Of a stretch of 64,000 bases of DNA, positions 36,714 to 51,400 are shown one piece after another. Origin of the DNA: Somniosus microcephalus (Eukaryota); contig JBMRGM010000036.1 in NCBI GenBank assembly GCA_052327205.1, forward strand, positions 33,046,001-33,110,000, given 5' to 3'. The stretch's first letter is position 1. Each line of letters opens with the position of its first letter. Both the position numbers and the translations under genes were made by a program. The notes under the pieces are model-generated. The model ran no database searches and was not told the origin of the DNA. It saw only the letters and a list, made by a program, of their open reading frames with translations.

Positions 36714-39700
36714 AGACCCCTCTTGATTTTGAACAACTCTATCAAATCTCCTATCAAACGTCTCTTCTTTAAGGAGAACAACACCAGCTTCTCTCGTCAA
36801 TCCACATAACCAAATCCCCGGAACCATTATTTTAAACCTTTTCTCTCTAAGGCCTTCGCATTCTTCCTAATGAGTGGTGCACTGAATTGCATATAATGGT
36901 TCAGAAGTTCCAATTGGAGGCATTATGAGTGCAGATGCCTTCTATCGGGAAAAAATCTATGCCCTTGCCTGTGAGCTCTCGAGTTCCGGACTCTTCGGCT
37001 CCTGGGTCTCTCCTGATGCGCATACGCAGAGGCTCATGTATCCCAAGGGCATAGGCAGTTCGCAAGCTTCCCTGTAGACCTGTCAAAAGTATGAATGCGG
37101 ATCACTGAAAATGAAACTAAATCATTATATAAATATTTAAATCAAGTTTTTAAAATGAGATAAAATTACATTCAATTAAATGTTTTAAATAAAGATTATT
37201 TTTTTTGGAAAAAATAATTAAAGTTTGTTACGGTGCTAAAAATAAACTTACCATTTTTACAAGTATTTTTACATTAATAATGAGTAAAACTTCTTTCTTA
37301 CTTTTTTTAAACTCATGCTGGTAAAAGCAGGCCTTACGCATGCTGTTACCATGTGTATGATGTTTAAGGGATTTCAGTGGGCGGAGGTTCTGCAGAAAGT
37401 AAATCACTCCACCCGCAGAGGCCATTCTCCAGAGCAGGCATGCGACCTGTCAAGATCACATGCCTGAAACCGGCACTTGTGAGGTCCCTACAGGTGTGTA
37501 CACAGCTCGTACACACACGTAGGTGTAGGAAATTACGGGCCATTACTCCAGTTGAGGCCGAAGCAGTGTTTATTATAACTTACTTGCTTTTGCTCCCTAT
37601 TCCTCTATTTATGAAGACCAGTCTCCCTTATGCTTTTTAACCACTTTCTCAAACTGCCCTGATACCTTCAACGATTTGTGCAAATATACCAACACGCCTC
37701 TCTGATCATGAACCCTGTTTAGAATTGTACACTTTTGTTAATATTGCTTCTCCTTGTTCTTCCTACCAAAGTGTATCATTTCGCACATTTCTGCGTTAAA
37801 TTTCTTCTGCCACGTGTCCGCCCATTCCATCAGCCTGTCGATGTCCTCTTGAAGTCAATCACTTTTCTTCTCAATGTTCATTATATTTCTAAGTGTTGTT
37901 TCATCTGCAAATTTTGAAATTGTGCCCCGTACACCCAAGTTCAAATCATTATTATATATCCAGAAAAGCAGTGGTCCTAGTATCGACCCCTGGGGAACAC
38001 TGTCCTCCAGTCCAATAAACAACCGTTCCCCAATACTATCTGTTTCCTGTCACTTAGCCAATTAACGACCGATGCTGTCGCTGTCCCTTTTATTCTCTGG
38101 TTCAACATTGCTGTCAAACCTATTAAGTGGCACTTTATCAAACGTCTTTTGGAAGTCTACATACAACACATCAACGGTACTGCCCACACAACCCCCACCC
38201 ACCCTCTCTGTTATCGCATCAAAAAATCAATCAAGTTCCTCAAATCGATGAATAGAGATCAGTCCTAAAACATAAGTATAATTTGAAATAAATTAAAAAA
38301 GAAAAATTACTTTTTTAAATGACTATAAGTTACATAAATTAACTATTTTAAACAAAAATGTAAATTTTTGAAAAAAATAATTAAAGTATTTATCAGGGCG
38401 AAAAATAAACGTACCTTTCTTTAAAGTATTTCACGATGATAAATCTGTGGAAAAACATTTTTTTTACTTTCTTAAACTATTAGCCTGATAAAAGCAGGCC
38501 TTGCACCTGCTTTTATCAGGTGCAAGGCCTGCTTTTATCAGGCTAATAGTTTAGACCCCTCTTGATTTTGAACAACTCTATCAAATCTCCTATCAAACGT
38601 CTCTTCTTTAAGGAGAACAACACCAGCTTCTCTCGTCAATCCACATAACCAAATCCCTGGAACCATTATTTTAAACCTTTTCTCTCTAAGGCCTTCGCAT
38701 TCTTCCTAATGAGTGGTGCACTGAATTGCATATAATGGTTCAGAAGTTCCAATTGGAGGCATTATGAGTGCAGATGCCTTCTATCGGGAAAAAATCTATG
38801 CCCTTGCCTGTGAGCTCTCGAGTTCCGGACTCTTCGGCTCCTGGGTCTCTCCTGATGCGCATACGCAGAGGCTCATGTATCCCAAGGGCGTAGGCAGTTC
38901 GCAAGCTTCCCTGTAGACCTGTCAAAAGTATGAATGCGGATCACTGAAAATGAAACTAAATCATTATATAAATATTTAAATCAAGTTTTTAAAATGAGAT
39001 AAAATTACATTCAATTAAATGTTTTAAATAAAGATTATTTTTTTTGGAAAAAATAATTAAAGTTTGTTACGGTGCTAAAAATAAACTTACCATTTTTACA
39101 AGTATTTTTACATTAATAATGAGTAAAACTTCTTTCTTACTTTTTTTAAACTCATGCTGGTAAAAGCAGGCCTTACGCATGCTGTTACCATGTGTATGAT
39201 GTTTAAGGGATTTCAGTGGGCGGAGGTTCTGCAGAAAGTAAATCACTCCACCCGCAGAGGCCATTCTCCAGAGCAGGCATGCGACCTGTCAAGATCACAT
39301 GCCTGAAACCGGCACTTGTGAGGTCCCTACAGGTGTGTACACAGCTCGTACACACACGTAGGTGTAGGAAATTACGGGCCATTACTCCAGTTGAGGCCGA
39401 AGCAGTGTTTATTATAACTTACTTGCTTTTGCTCCCTATTCCTCTATTTATGAAGACCAGTCTCCCTTATGCTTTTTAACCACTTTCTCAAACTGCCCTG
39501 ATACCTTCAACGATTTGTGCAAATATACCAACACGCCTCTCTGATCATGAACCCTGTTTAGAATTGTACACTTTTGTTAATATTGCTTCTCCTTGTTCTT
39601 CCTACCAAAGTGTATCATTTCGCACATTTCTGCGTTAAATTTCTTCTGCCACGTGTCCGCCCATTCCATCAGCCTGTCGATGTCCTCTTGAAGTCAATCA

Positions 39701-40353
39701 CTTTTCTTCTCAATGTTCATTATATTTCTAAGTGTTGTTTCATCTGCAAATTTTGAAATTGTGCCCCGTACACCCAAGTTCAAATCATTATTATATATCC
39801 AGAAAAGCAGTGGTCCTAGTATCGACCCCTGGGGAACACTGTCCTCCAGTCCAATGAACAACCGTTCCCCAATACTATCTGTTTCCTGTCACTTAGCCAA
39901 TTAACGACCGATGCTGTCGCTGTCCCTTTTATTCTCTGGTTCAACATTGCTGTCAAACCTATTAAGTGGCACTTTATCAAACGTCTTTTGGAAGTCTACA
40001 TACAACACATCAACGGTACTGCCCACACAACCCCCACCCACCCTCTCTGTTATCGCATCAAAAAATCAATCAAGTTCCTCAAATCGATGAATAGAGATCA
40101 GTCCTAAAACATAAGTATAATTTGAAATAAATTAAAAAAGAAAAATTACTTTTTTAAATGACTATAAGTTACATAAATTAACTATTTTAAACAAAAATGT
40201 AAATTTTTGAAAAAAATAATTAAAGTATTTATCAGGGCGAAAAATAAACGTACCTTTCTTTAAAGTATTTCACGATGATAAATCTGTGGAAAAACATTTT
40301 TTTTACTTTCTTAAACTATTAGCCTGATAAAAGCAGGCCTTGCACCTGCTTTT
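36714..40353. repeat. Near-identical direct duplication (36714-38514 and 38553-40353; offset 1839)
   Basis: Identical or near-identical ORF pairs at offset 1839 (36901/38740, 37228/39067, 37377/39216, 37735/39574); only about three substitutions noticed. Confidence 0.95.
36898..37541. mobile_element. MITE-like non-autonomous element (duplicated at 38737-39380)
   Basis: Imperfect termini GGTTCAGAAGTTCC...GGAAATTACGGGCC, AT-rich centre, interrupts CR1 sequence; similar to 58561-59296. Confidence 0.6.
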
Positions 40354-43300
40354 CTAGGCGCAGCTCTTCCTGACTTGCCTCGACTAAAGCCAGTCTGAAA
40401 TAAACGGAATTTTGATATGTACGCGCTGCCTATCTGGCACAGGCGTTTGTGCTGGCAAGCCCGTTCTGCAGAGAACGGAAGAGCCGGTTTCCAGCGCATG
40501 CGCAGTGCAAGCGTAAAACCAGCACTTCCTTTGGCCCTACGGGTGAGTACACAATGTTTACACACCCGGAGGGAACGGAATTTCTACGGCATCAAACCGC
40601 ATGTTTCTGCGTTAAATTGCATCTGCCAGGTGTCCGCCCATTCCGCCAGCCTTTCTATGTCCTCTTGAAGTCTATCAGTTTTCTTTCCACTGTTCACTAT
40701 ACTTCCAAGTATTGTGTAATGTGAAAATGTTGAAATTGTGCACGGTACACCCATGTCCAAATCATAACTATATATCCAGAAAGCAGTGGTCCTAGTACCG
40801 ACCCCAGGGGAAAACCTTCTTCCAAACCTCAAAAGAAACGTTCCCCAGTACTATCTGTTTCCTCTCGCTTAGCCAATTTCATATCGATGCTGCCATTGTT
40901 CCTTTCAGTCCATAGGTTTCAACTTTGCTCTTTCGTCTATTAAGTGGCACCTTCTCAAACGTCTTTTGGAAATCCATGTGCACCACATCAACCGCATTGC
41001 TCACCAGCCCTTCCATCACCCACTCTGTTGTCGCATGAACAAATTAATGAAGTTAGTTAAACATGATTTGCCTTTGAAACATCTGTGCTTACTTTCCTTA
41101 ATCAATCCACAACTTTCTAAGTGACTTTTAATTCGTCTCGATTTATCGTATCTAAAAGCTTCCCCATTATCGAGGTAAAACTGACTGGTCTGTAGTTGTT
41201 GGGTTTTTCCTTAGAGCCTCTTTTGAACAGGGGTGTAACATTTGCAATGTTCCAGTCCTCTGGCACCACCCCCATATCTAAGGAAGCTGGGAAGATTATG
41301 TCCAGTAACTCCTCAATTTTCACCCTTACCTCCCTCACCATCGTAGGATTCATCCCATCCGGTCAGTCAGCGTTATTGTACCTCCTCTATATCAATTTTT
41401 AACCAATCCAGTATTGCAACTACCCCCTCTTTCACTACGGCGTTGACAACATCTTCTTCCTTGGTAAATTCAGATGCAGAATTCACATTTATTACCTCAG
41501 CCATGCCATCTGCCTGCATGAGTACGTCTCCTTTTCTGTCAGTTGTCAGCCCCAACCCATCACTTACTGCCTGTTTATTATTTACATGCATATAGAAGAC
41601 TTTTGGATTCCCTTTGATGTTAGCTGCCAATCAATTCTCATCCTCTCTCTTTGCCCCTCGTATATCATTTTTCACTTCGCCTCTTAAATTTCTATGTTCA
41701 GATGCAATATCGCCCGTTTTCGAAGAAGCCATACTACAGGACCTATTGCCTCGATCGCCTATTATACACTGCGCCTGAATAACCTTGAATAGATCTAAAT
41801 ACTGGGCGTGTTTTATAACGGTCGGCAAATACGAAGCCGCCTGTTTTGTTTACCCGTCCATTTCGAATTTTATCCTCACAGACGAACTTAAAATAAAGTC
41901 CTGCCGATAGATAATGAACGTTGTTACTCTTACCGTAAACACGATCTTTTGCAAGTTAGAGTTGAATACCACATACCTTCCAGGTTATTTTCTAACCATG
42001 TATCTCTATTCTGTATCTCTAAAATTATCTCTTTCAGCTGGGGTTTGGTGTTCTGCAGTTGAAGAAATATGTTCCAGATTGTTCTTGCTCCACGAGCTCT
42101 CTTTTCCAGCACAATATTGAAAATGTGTCTGGAAGCGTCGTATCTGCGCCGACTTTCAGCTGTAGATCTGATTGTCTAAAAAAAATTGCAATCATATTGA
42201 GCCAAGTAACACAATAATCAGATAATAAACGTTTTTTCTCTTTCTCCCTCTATTTATGAGACGAAATAATAGAGCATTTCACAATCGGATGAGCAGAAGC
42301 TTGTTCAAAGTGATAAGATTTAACGAGCTTCTTAAAGGAGAGGTTCGGCGAAGGAATGTCAGAGCTCAGGGCCGAGGCAGCTGAAAGCTCTGCTGTCAAT
42401 GGTGAGGCGAAGAAAATCGGGGATCAGCAAATGTCCAGGATTGAAGGAGCACAGAGATCACGGAGAGTTGCAGAGAAAGAGATGAACATCGTTGAGCCAT
42501 CCAGGGAAACTCTAAATTCTCACCAACAGATGGAAAATGATAAAGTGCTGAATAAAAGGGGGAAAGTTAAGATTGCAGGAATAGGATTCGACAAAAATCA
42601 AGCATTATTGGTTGTCAGTTACAGTACTTTTTCTTAAGCTCACAAAGTGGTTTCACAAACACAAATTGCCGAAATTGAAGACATAAAAATGTGCGTGATT
42701 TTTTTGTTGGCCAGTAGCACGAAAGGGGCTGATAGATAGTCGGTGGCCCACTTTATGCCGCATCAGATTATCAGTCAATTTACTTCAGTGAGCCTTTCAT
42801 TCAATCCAAGTATCACCTTCATTCATTGAAACAGTAGCAAATGGTTATCAGTCGGTTCTCCATGCACTTTATGAATCTTGTAGTTTATATCTCTAAACAG
42901 CTCTGTACTTTGATAAACTGTTTTTGAGGAGATTATGCAATATGATACTTGGCTCTAATGTTGACACCTGCCACTCATTCGTTTCATACATTTTGAATGA
43001 TTTCGCTTCTATTTTATATTCTCTATTTTTCCTTCATTTGTTTTTCTGTATCAGCCCTACTACCCTTTATATATTTTAAAATCTCATTTTTCGGTCATTT
43101 TCTATGCTCGCCGAAGTAATTCTAGTTTCTAAAGCACCTCTTTTATTCTGGTCTAATTTCTGTATCTTCTATGGCGCTCTTCTCCTATTTGGCAGATTCT
43201 TATTGTTTTTCCGCTGCATAATGTGCTCGTTAACGTGCCAATATATTTGGGCTGTATTTTACTAGCGTAAAAATTGGTTTTACTCCTGTAAAATGAATAT

Positions 43301-45284
43301 TACTTTCATTGCCCGTTATCTTTACGATTCATATGAATCCTAATGATATCATATTTTCCTGGATGTTAGATTACCACTAGATCACCTACTAGTCCATCCC
43401 CGTTTCTAGAAATGGATCCAATACTCATTCCTGTCTTGTTTTCCTAAAACCACACCATTCTAAACAACGTATCGTACAGGCTGCGAATGACATGCCGTAT
43501 CTCCAACACTTATGTTATTTTTATCTTTTGGATATATAAGTCGCCAATATTCATGTTACTGTTATTGCTGCAGGTTCTCATTTTTTCTTTATTGACCTTC
43601 TTCTATCCTTTTCCCACTATTCAATGCATTAAAATACCCCTTTATTATTCTGAAACCCCAAACTTATGGATTAATTTGGCGGAGCATTGTTTATATCAGT
43701 CATGAATTCCCGTGCTGCAAATGTATCTTTTAATAATACCTTCTTCCCCCTAATCCTGTCCCTTCCTAAGCCAGATAAGCTGTTAATATCTGTACATCAT
43801 AATTTATAGCATATCCCAACACAATCTGTTCTTTCAACTAACCAGCTATATTCACATTGCATTGTGTATGCATGGGTTCGGTAATTGTCGTAGATATTCG
43901 GAAAAGCGAGCAGGTGGATATTAAAGATGAGTTCAGTGATTATTTTTATCGAATGAGTCATTATGGCAGTCTTGACGTCAGAGGGCGATGACTGAGGAGA
44001 GGCCAGTATACTCAGCAGTGAGCCAAAGAATGGGCATGACATGAGCTGGTCTGGAATCAAAGCATTGGTAGCATGTCTCATAGACTGGATGAATATTGCG
44101 ATTCCTTGGTGATACGTGAGATAATGCAGGTTGTGTGAGGTTAGAAATTAAGCGTGTTTATTTCGATGTAAAATTGTGGCCGGGAACGTATTATAAAGGC
44201 AGAGAGAGGCAGTCATGCTGTGAAGTGCAAAGGAGCAGTGGAATCGAAGCAACGATTTAGATAATTTCTCTACAATTTTCTAGAGATCCGAGCCACAGGC
44301 ATTGGCTAAAACCAATCAGATGTTTCACTTGAGAAACACGGCTACTTTGATAGAGAATGGACGGAAACTCAGGGCCTTTAATTCCGACAGATTAGCTTTG
44401 AAATATCAGTTAATTTCTTCATGTGAAATTTGACGTATGTCGCTATTACAAGTTTCATCTGTCTCCATGTATTCCAGCGGGGCTATGCTGAGGACCTATG
44501 ATGGTAGTGCTGCTAGTGGTGTCTTATTAAATTATTAATTTCGATTAGTCTGCGTTGGACCGTGCAATCCTGTAATTTGGTGTAAATGATTAATTGAATG
44601 GATGCTCTCTATTTCCGCTTTCAGAAACTGCAGCAAATCCATCCCCTGCAGAAATGCGGTCACTAGAATTTCCTTAAAAGCCGCACATTTCACAGTGAAT
44701 TCACAGAGCTGGTTTGAGTCCTGTCCTCCAGGATTTTTTGTTGGCCGATTCGCCGTGTAAATATCAGGGAGAGATGACGTGACTCTCTCTTGGTGGAGAT
44801 GGTCATTGCCTGGAACTTGAGTTGCGCACATGTCACCTGTCACTTATCTGGCCAAACCTGGATGTTGTCCAGGTCTAGCTTCATATCGGGATGGACTACT
44901 TCATTTTTGGAGGAATTGCGAATGGAGCTTTACACTGTGCAATCATCAGTGACTTGCCTCAATTCTGACCTCGTGAGTGATGGCCATTGAAGAAGCACTT
45001 AACGAGAGTTGGGACACTGACGCTGCCATGAAACAAAGATAGTAAAACCATGAGACTCTGTCCTCTCATTATTTAATGCATTAATTGAAGAATAAGGAAC
45101 AAATTAACTTAACAGTGATATATCTCAGAGGAACAGTTATAATGTTGTTTACATTGGCATCGGACTCAATTGCAGAGGCACCATTGAGAACTGCTTATAT
45201 CGATCCATTGCACGGAATTCAGTGAATCTAACTTTGACTCATGACACTTTTAACGCTATGAGATTCCGCCATATTTGTTGCATA
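40083..45284. repeat. Segmental duplicate of 58788-64000 (offset ~18.71 kb)
   Basis: Near-identical ORFs 41930/60632, 41631/60339, 44790/63507, 43797/62558. Confidence 0.92.
41977..42175 (-). CDS. Exon B, older cluster (CARD-like C-half)
   Basis: ttttttag|ACAATC...GAAG|gtatgt; 199 nt open: TIRSTAESRRRYDASRHIFNIVLEKRARGARTIWNIFLQLQNTKPQLKEIILEIQNRDTWLENNLE. Confidence 0.75.
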
Positions 45285-45285
45285 C

Positions 45286-45446
45286 CTCATGGTCTGTTTC
45301 AGTAAACACGTTTACATCAAATAGCCTCTGACTAACATCCTCCACGAATTCTTCAATTGAATGTTCTAGAATCTGACGGTTGCACTCGATAATTCTCCGC
45401 AGCTGGATATCCGTGTAGCTCTTCATCATCAGTAACGTTTTAGCAT
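45286..45446 (-). CDS. Exon A, older cluster (CARD-like N-half)
   Basis: tattcag|AT...GAG|gtatgc; 161 nt open: DAKTLLMMKSYTDIQLRRIIECNRQILEHSIEEFVEDVSQRLFDVNVFTETDHE. Confidence 0.75.
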
Positions 45447-46489
45447 CTGAATATAATGTCAAAGCATAAATGAGAACAGCTTAAAATACTGCGCCCGCCA
45501 TAAAACAATTAATGCTCTGGGCCAACTGATGCAGCAACAGCGTCTATTACAACATTTCAAGCAATGATACTGCCAGTGGCGACTCACAGAAGAGGAATTA
45601 AAATTAATGCTGTCTCTTTTTCGTATAGTTAGGAGGAAGGACCCAGACCTTGCCAACTTCGGAGGCTGTTTCAAGTAATTAAGAAGGAGAAGGAGGGGCA
45701 TCCGTAGGAACGGAGTCAGTGGGATTGACATCTTTGCCTGGAGTGTGGTGCGGAAGAACCGATACAGCAGAGACCGAAGCCAGGTAGAGGTGTGCAACAG
45801 ATGGGATGTTAAGCAGACTGTAGGAATAACGTAGGTGGGGCCGTATATTAAGTTGAATATGAGTAGGACCATGTCACACATGATCAATTTGGGAAAAGAA
45901 GTAAATGTAAATCAGAGACCTAGTGGTTTACGGAAATCAGGGTCAATTTGAATTGAAGTAATAGAGCTGTGGACAAAATGGTGTTTATGATGGGCTAGGC
46001 CCAAAGGTCTTTTGAGGAATCGAGTCTAAATCTCACAAAAGCATGGACAAAGAACCAGGAAATATTCATATGGCCGTGAATGTCCAGAAATATAACCTAT
46101 AGTTCTTGCTGATGGCGATCAAGACTCCAGGCTTGATTATAATCCTGGGAATCAGCAGATGCTGGTGAGCAATTTTACATAGTCGTGACTTTCACATGTT
46201 TGCCTGAACAGCTAATAAATAATATACAGAGATAATAGTATGAAACACTAAATGCAACTTCATTCGTGCTTCCATTTTCCTTCCTTATTTAAAGGAAGAC
46301 TAAATTGTGAAACAGGAACTGAGAAATGGAAATAATGTGAAGCCCACAGGCCGTCACGCTAAGCTTTACAGATATCAATACATCGAGTACAGGAAACAAA
46401 AATTCGGGAAAATAGATTTAATTATCAATAGACAATAATCACACAAAAACAAATAATTTAGGTTAGACATGATTGTAGCTAGTACAGTT

Positions 46490-48010
46490 CCACAATTAAA
46501 TCTCCTCTCAAACTTCAGGCACTAAGGAGAACACAACCAGCTTGTGCAGTCAATGCACTTAACCAAAGTCCCTCATCCCTGGAACCGTTCTTGTAAATCG
46601 TATCTACACTCTCTCTAATGCCTTCACATTCTTCCTAAAGTGCAGTGCCCAGAGTTGGACACAATGCTCCAGTTGAGGTCGAGACAGTTTTTAAAAAGGG
46701 TTCATTTAAACTTCCTTGCTTTTGTCCTGTATTGCTCTATTTATGAAGCCCAATGTCCCGCACTCTTTGTAACCACGTTCTCAAATAGCCCTGATACCTT
46801 CAACGATTTGTGCACATATGCCCCAGCTCTCTGCTCATGCAGCCCGTTTAGAGTCGTACCCTTTGTTTTATATTGCCTCTCCTCGTTCTTCCTACCAAAA
46901 TATATCATTTCGCACGATTTTGCGTTAAATTTCTTCTGCCACGTATCCACCCATTCCACCAGCCTGTCTAGGTCCTATTGAAGTCTATCACTTTCCTTCT
47001 CACTGTTCATTATACTTCCAAGTATAATGTGACCTGCAAATTTTGAAATTTTACCCGATACACGCAAGCCCAAATCGTAACTATATATCGAGAATAGCAG
47101 TGGTCCTCGTACCGAGCCCCAGGGGAACAACTACCTCCTGTCTGGAAACAATTGTTCTCTGATATTATCTCTTTCCTGTCTCTTAGCAAATTTCGTATCG
47201 ATGCTGCCACTGTCCCTTTTATTTCGCGGGTTTCAACTTTGCTGTAAAGCCTATTAAGTGGCACTTTTTCAAACGTATTTTGGAAGGCCTTGTAAACCGC
47301 ACTGCCCCCACGACATCCACCCTCCCTGTTACCGCATCAATAAAATCACGAACATTAGTGAGACACGATTTACCGTTGAAAAATCCGTGCTGCCTTTCAT
47401 TAACCAATCCACACTTGTCCAAGTGTCTGTTAATTTTGTCCCGATTAATCGTTGCAAAATGCTTCTCCTTTCTCGAGGTTAAATTGGCTGGTCTGTGTTT
47501 GCTGGATTTATACTTACACCCTCTTTTGAACAAGGGAGTATAATTTGCAATGTTCCAGTCCTCTGGCAGCTGTCCCGTATCTAAGGATGAATGGAAGACT
47601 ATGGTCAGTACCTTCAATTTTCTACTAGCAATTTTCACCCTTACCTCCCTCAGCATCCTGTGATTTCTCCCATCCGGTCAGCCAGCCTTTCTGGTACCTC
47701 CTCTTTATCAATGCATATCCCATCTAGTATTGCAACTAACTTCTCTTTCTTTATGAAGTTGACAGCATCTTCTTCCTTGGTAAAGTCAGATGCAAAGCAC
47801 TCATTTATTACCACAGCCATGCCCTCTGCCTGCATACGTAGAACTATTTTTTGGTCCCTAGTCGGCCCAACTCTTCTCTTACAGCCTCCTTATTATTTAT
47901 ATGCCAATAGAAGACTTTTGGCTTGCCTTCTTTGTTAGCTGCAAGTCTATTTTCATCCTCTCTTTGCCTCTCTTATTTCCTTTTTCACTTTCCCTCTTAA
48001 ATTTCTATTT
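46490..48010 (-). mobile_element. Decayed 5'-truncated CR1 (copy of an insertion shared by the older units)
   Basis: EWVDTWQKKFN, LPEDWNIAN.TPLFKRG, QHGFFNGKSCLTN; same 5' truncation context as at ~41695, ~53385 and ~60405. Confidence 0.85.
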
Positions 48011-48291
48011 TGAGATGCGATGCCGCCCGTTTTTGGCGATGCTATACTACAGGCGGTATTGCATCGATCGCATATTTTACTTTGCGTCCGAATAACCTTG
48101 AATAAAACTGAATACCGGACGTGTTATATATAGCAGACGGCAAATGCAAATCCACCTGTTTTGTTTACTCGCCTATGTAGAAGTTCGTCCTCATAGAATA
48201 ACTTAAAACAAGGTTCTCGCCATAAACAACGAACATTGTTACTCTGACAGTAAACACGATCTTTTGCAAGTTAGATTTGGACACCACATAC

Positions 48292-48490
48292 CTTCCAGAT
48301 TATTATCTAACCATGCAACATTTTTCTGTATCTCTGAAAGTATCGCTTTCAGCTTGGGGTTGGTGCTCAGAAGTTCAAGAAATATGTTCCAGATTGTTCT
48401 TTCTCCCCGAGCTCCCTTTTCCAGCACAGTATCGAAAATATGTTTGGTGGCATCGTTTCTGCTCTGACTTTCAGCTAGAGATCTGATTTT
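48292..48490 (-). CDS. Exon B, older cluster
   Basis: gttttag|AAAATC...GAAG|gtatgt; 199 nt open: KIRSLAESQSRNDATKHIFDTVLEKGARGERTIWNIFLELLSTNPKLKAILSEIQKNVAWLDNNLE. Confidence 0.75.
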
Positions 48491-51400
48491 CTAAAACACA
48501 ATTGCAATCATTTTGTACCATGTAACACGATAATCAGATAATAAACATTTTTTCTATTTGTCCATCTCTTTTTAAGATGAATGAATAGAAAATCGCACAC
48601 TCGGATAACCAGAAGCTTGGTTAAAATGATAAGTCTTAAGAAGTTTATTAAAGGAGAGGACTAGCGAAGGAATTTTAGAGCTTTGGGCCGAGGCAGCTGA
48701 AGGCACTGCTGCCGATGGTGAGGCGGAGAATATGGGGGTGAAGCAAATGCCTAGAATTAAATGAGCACAGAGATCACGGAGAGTTGCAGAGAAAGAGAGG
48801 AGCATCGTTGAGCCATCCAGGGAAATTCTAAATTCTCATCAATAACGGAAAAGGATAAATTGCTGAATAAAAGAGCGAAAGTTAAGTTTGGAGGAACAGC
48901 GGAACAGGATTCGACCAAAATCAAGCATTATTGGTTGATAGGAACAGTACTTTTTCATAAGCTCACAAAGTGGTTTCAGAAAATCAAATTGCAGAAATTG
49001 AAAAACATAAAAATACGTGTGAATTTTTTGTAGGCCAGTAGCATGAAAGGTGCTGATAGAGATTAGATGGCCCACTTAATGCCGCGTCCGATTTTCATTC
49101 AATTTAATTAATTGAGCCTTTCATTCATTCCAAGTATCACCTTCATTCATCGAAGCAGTAGCAATATCTTACCGGTTACTTCTTCATGCTCTTTATGAAC
49201 CTTGTAGTTTTCATCTCTAAACAGCTCTGTCCTTTGATTAACTGATTATTTCGGAGTTTATGAAATATGATAATTGTCTCTAATTCTGAGACCTGCCAAT
49301 CATTCGTTTCTTAAATTTTGAACGTTTTCGTTTCTACTTTATATTCTCCATGTTTCCTTGATTTTGTTTACTTAATGAGCCCTACTACCCTATATTTAAT
49401 TTAAAATCTAATTTTTCGTTCATTTCCTATGCAGATCCGAGCAATTCTCGTTTGTGCTGCGAATCTTTTATTCTCGTGTTATTTGTGTATCCTCTATGGA
49501 AATCTTCTCGTATTTGGAGATTCTCATTGATTTTCCGCGGCTTTTTCTGCTCATTAACGTGCCAATATATTTAGGCCAGTATTATTGTTTCGTTAAAGTT
49601 AGTTTTATTCCTTTAAAATGTATATTGCTTTGATTGTCCCGTTATCCTGTACGATTCATATCGATCCTATTGATATCATATTTTCCTGGATGATAGACTA
49701 CCCCTAGAGCACCTACTAGTCACTCCCCATTTCTAGAAATTTATCCAATACTCATTCCTTCCTTGTTTTCGTAAAGCCATAACACTCTAATCAATGTACC
49801 GGACAGGCTGAGAATAACAAACCGTTTCTTCCACATTTATGTTACTTCTATCCATTGGATATTTAAAGTCACCAATATTCACGTTACTGTTAAAGCAGCA
49901 CTTTCTCAATTGTTCTCTATTGATCTTTTTCTATCCACTTCACACTATTCGATGCATGATAATCGCGCCTTTATTATTCTGAAACCCCAAACCTATGGGT
50001 TAATTTGGCATATAATTGATTATATCGGCCATGAGTTCCCGTGCTGCAATTGTGTCTTTTAATAATAACTTCTCCCTCATAATCCTGTCATTACCTAAGT
50101 CAGTTAAGCTATTAATGTTTGTATATCATAACTTATAGCATATCCCCAGACAATCTGTGCCTTCAATTACTCAGCTATATTCGGAATGCTTTGTAGATAC
50201 ATGTGTTGGTTAATTGTAGGAGCTATTCGGAAATGCGAGCATCTGGATATTTTAGATGAGTCCAGAGATTGTTTTTATGGAATGATTAATTATGTTAGTC
50301 TTGACGTCAGAAGATGATGACTGAGGAGAGGCCAGTATTAGTGATGACACTGAGCATTGAGTCGAAGAAGGGGTTAGGAATGAAGGCAATAGGTTGCATA
50401 TCCCATAGACTGGATGAAATTTGGTAGTCCTCGGCAATACGTGAGATAATGCAGATTGTGTGAGGTTAGAAATTAAGAAATGCTTATTTCGATGTAAACA
50501 TTCTGGCAGGGAAGGTCTTATAAAGGCAGAGAGAGGCAGCCATGCTGGGAAGTGCAAAGGAGCAGAGAAATCGAAGCAACTTTTTAGACACTTTCTCTAC
50601 AAATTTCTAGAGATCCGAGGGCAACGGCTGAAACCAATCAAATGGTTCACTGGAAATGCAGGGCTTCTTTGCTAGGGAATGGACAGAAACTTATGGCCTT
50701 GAATTCTGTCAGCTTAGCTTTTAAACGTCATTTAATTTCTTCATGTTATTTTAGAAGTATGTCGCTATTACAAGTTTTATCTTTCTCCAGGTTTTCCACT
50801 GGTGCTATGCTGAGGACGTATGATGGTAGAGCTGCTAGTGATGACTTATAAATTATTAATTTCGATTCGTCTGGGCTTGGCCCGTGCAATCCAGTAATTT
50901 GGGGTATTTGATCAATTGATAGGACGCCCTCTATGTCCGCTGTCAGAAACTGGAGTAAATCCATCCCCTGCAGAAATGCGGCCACTCGATATACCTTAAT
51001 AGCCACACGTGTCACAGTGAATTCACAGAGCTTGTTTTAGTCCTGCCATCCAGGATGTTGATGATGGTCGAATCGCCATTGGTAATTCCATTAAATATCA
51101 GCGAGAGATGATGAAATTCTCGCTTGGTGAAGATGGTCATTCCCTTGAACTTGCATTGCAAGAATATTACTTTTCACTTATCCGGCCAGGTCTAGCTTCA
51201 TATGGGGCTGGACTACTTCATTATTGAAGGAATTGCAAATGGAGCTGAACACTGGGCAATCATCAGTGACTAGCCCCAATTCTGACCTCATGAGGGATGT
51301 CAATTGAAGAAGCACTTACCGATAGTTGGGCTTCGGACGCTGCCATGAAGCAAACATAGTTAGACAATGAGATGCTATTCTCTCATTATTGAATGCATTA

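Larger units (their letters stand above)
36380..41695 (-). mobile_element. Fragmented CR1 LINE(s) interrupted by MITEs and a tandem duplication
   Basis: ORF2 peptides: LFSLKKRRLIGDLIE, WADTWQMQFNAE, VVPEDWNIANVTPLFKRG..NYRPVS, ANIKGNPKVFY. Confidence 0.8.
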
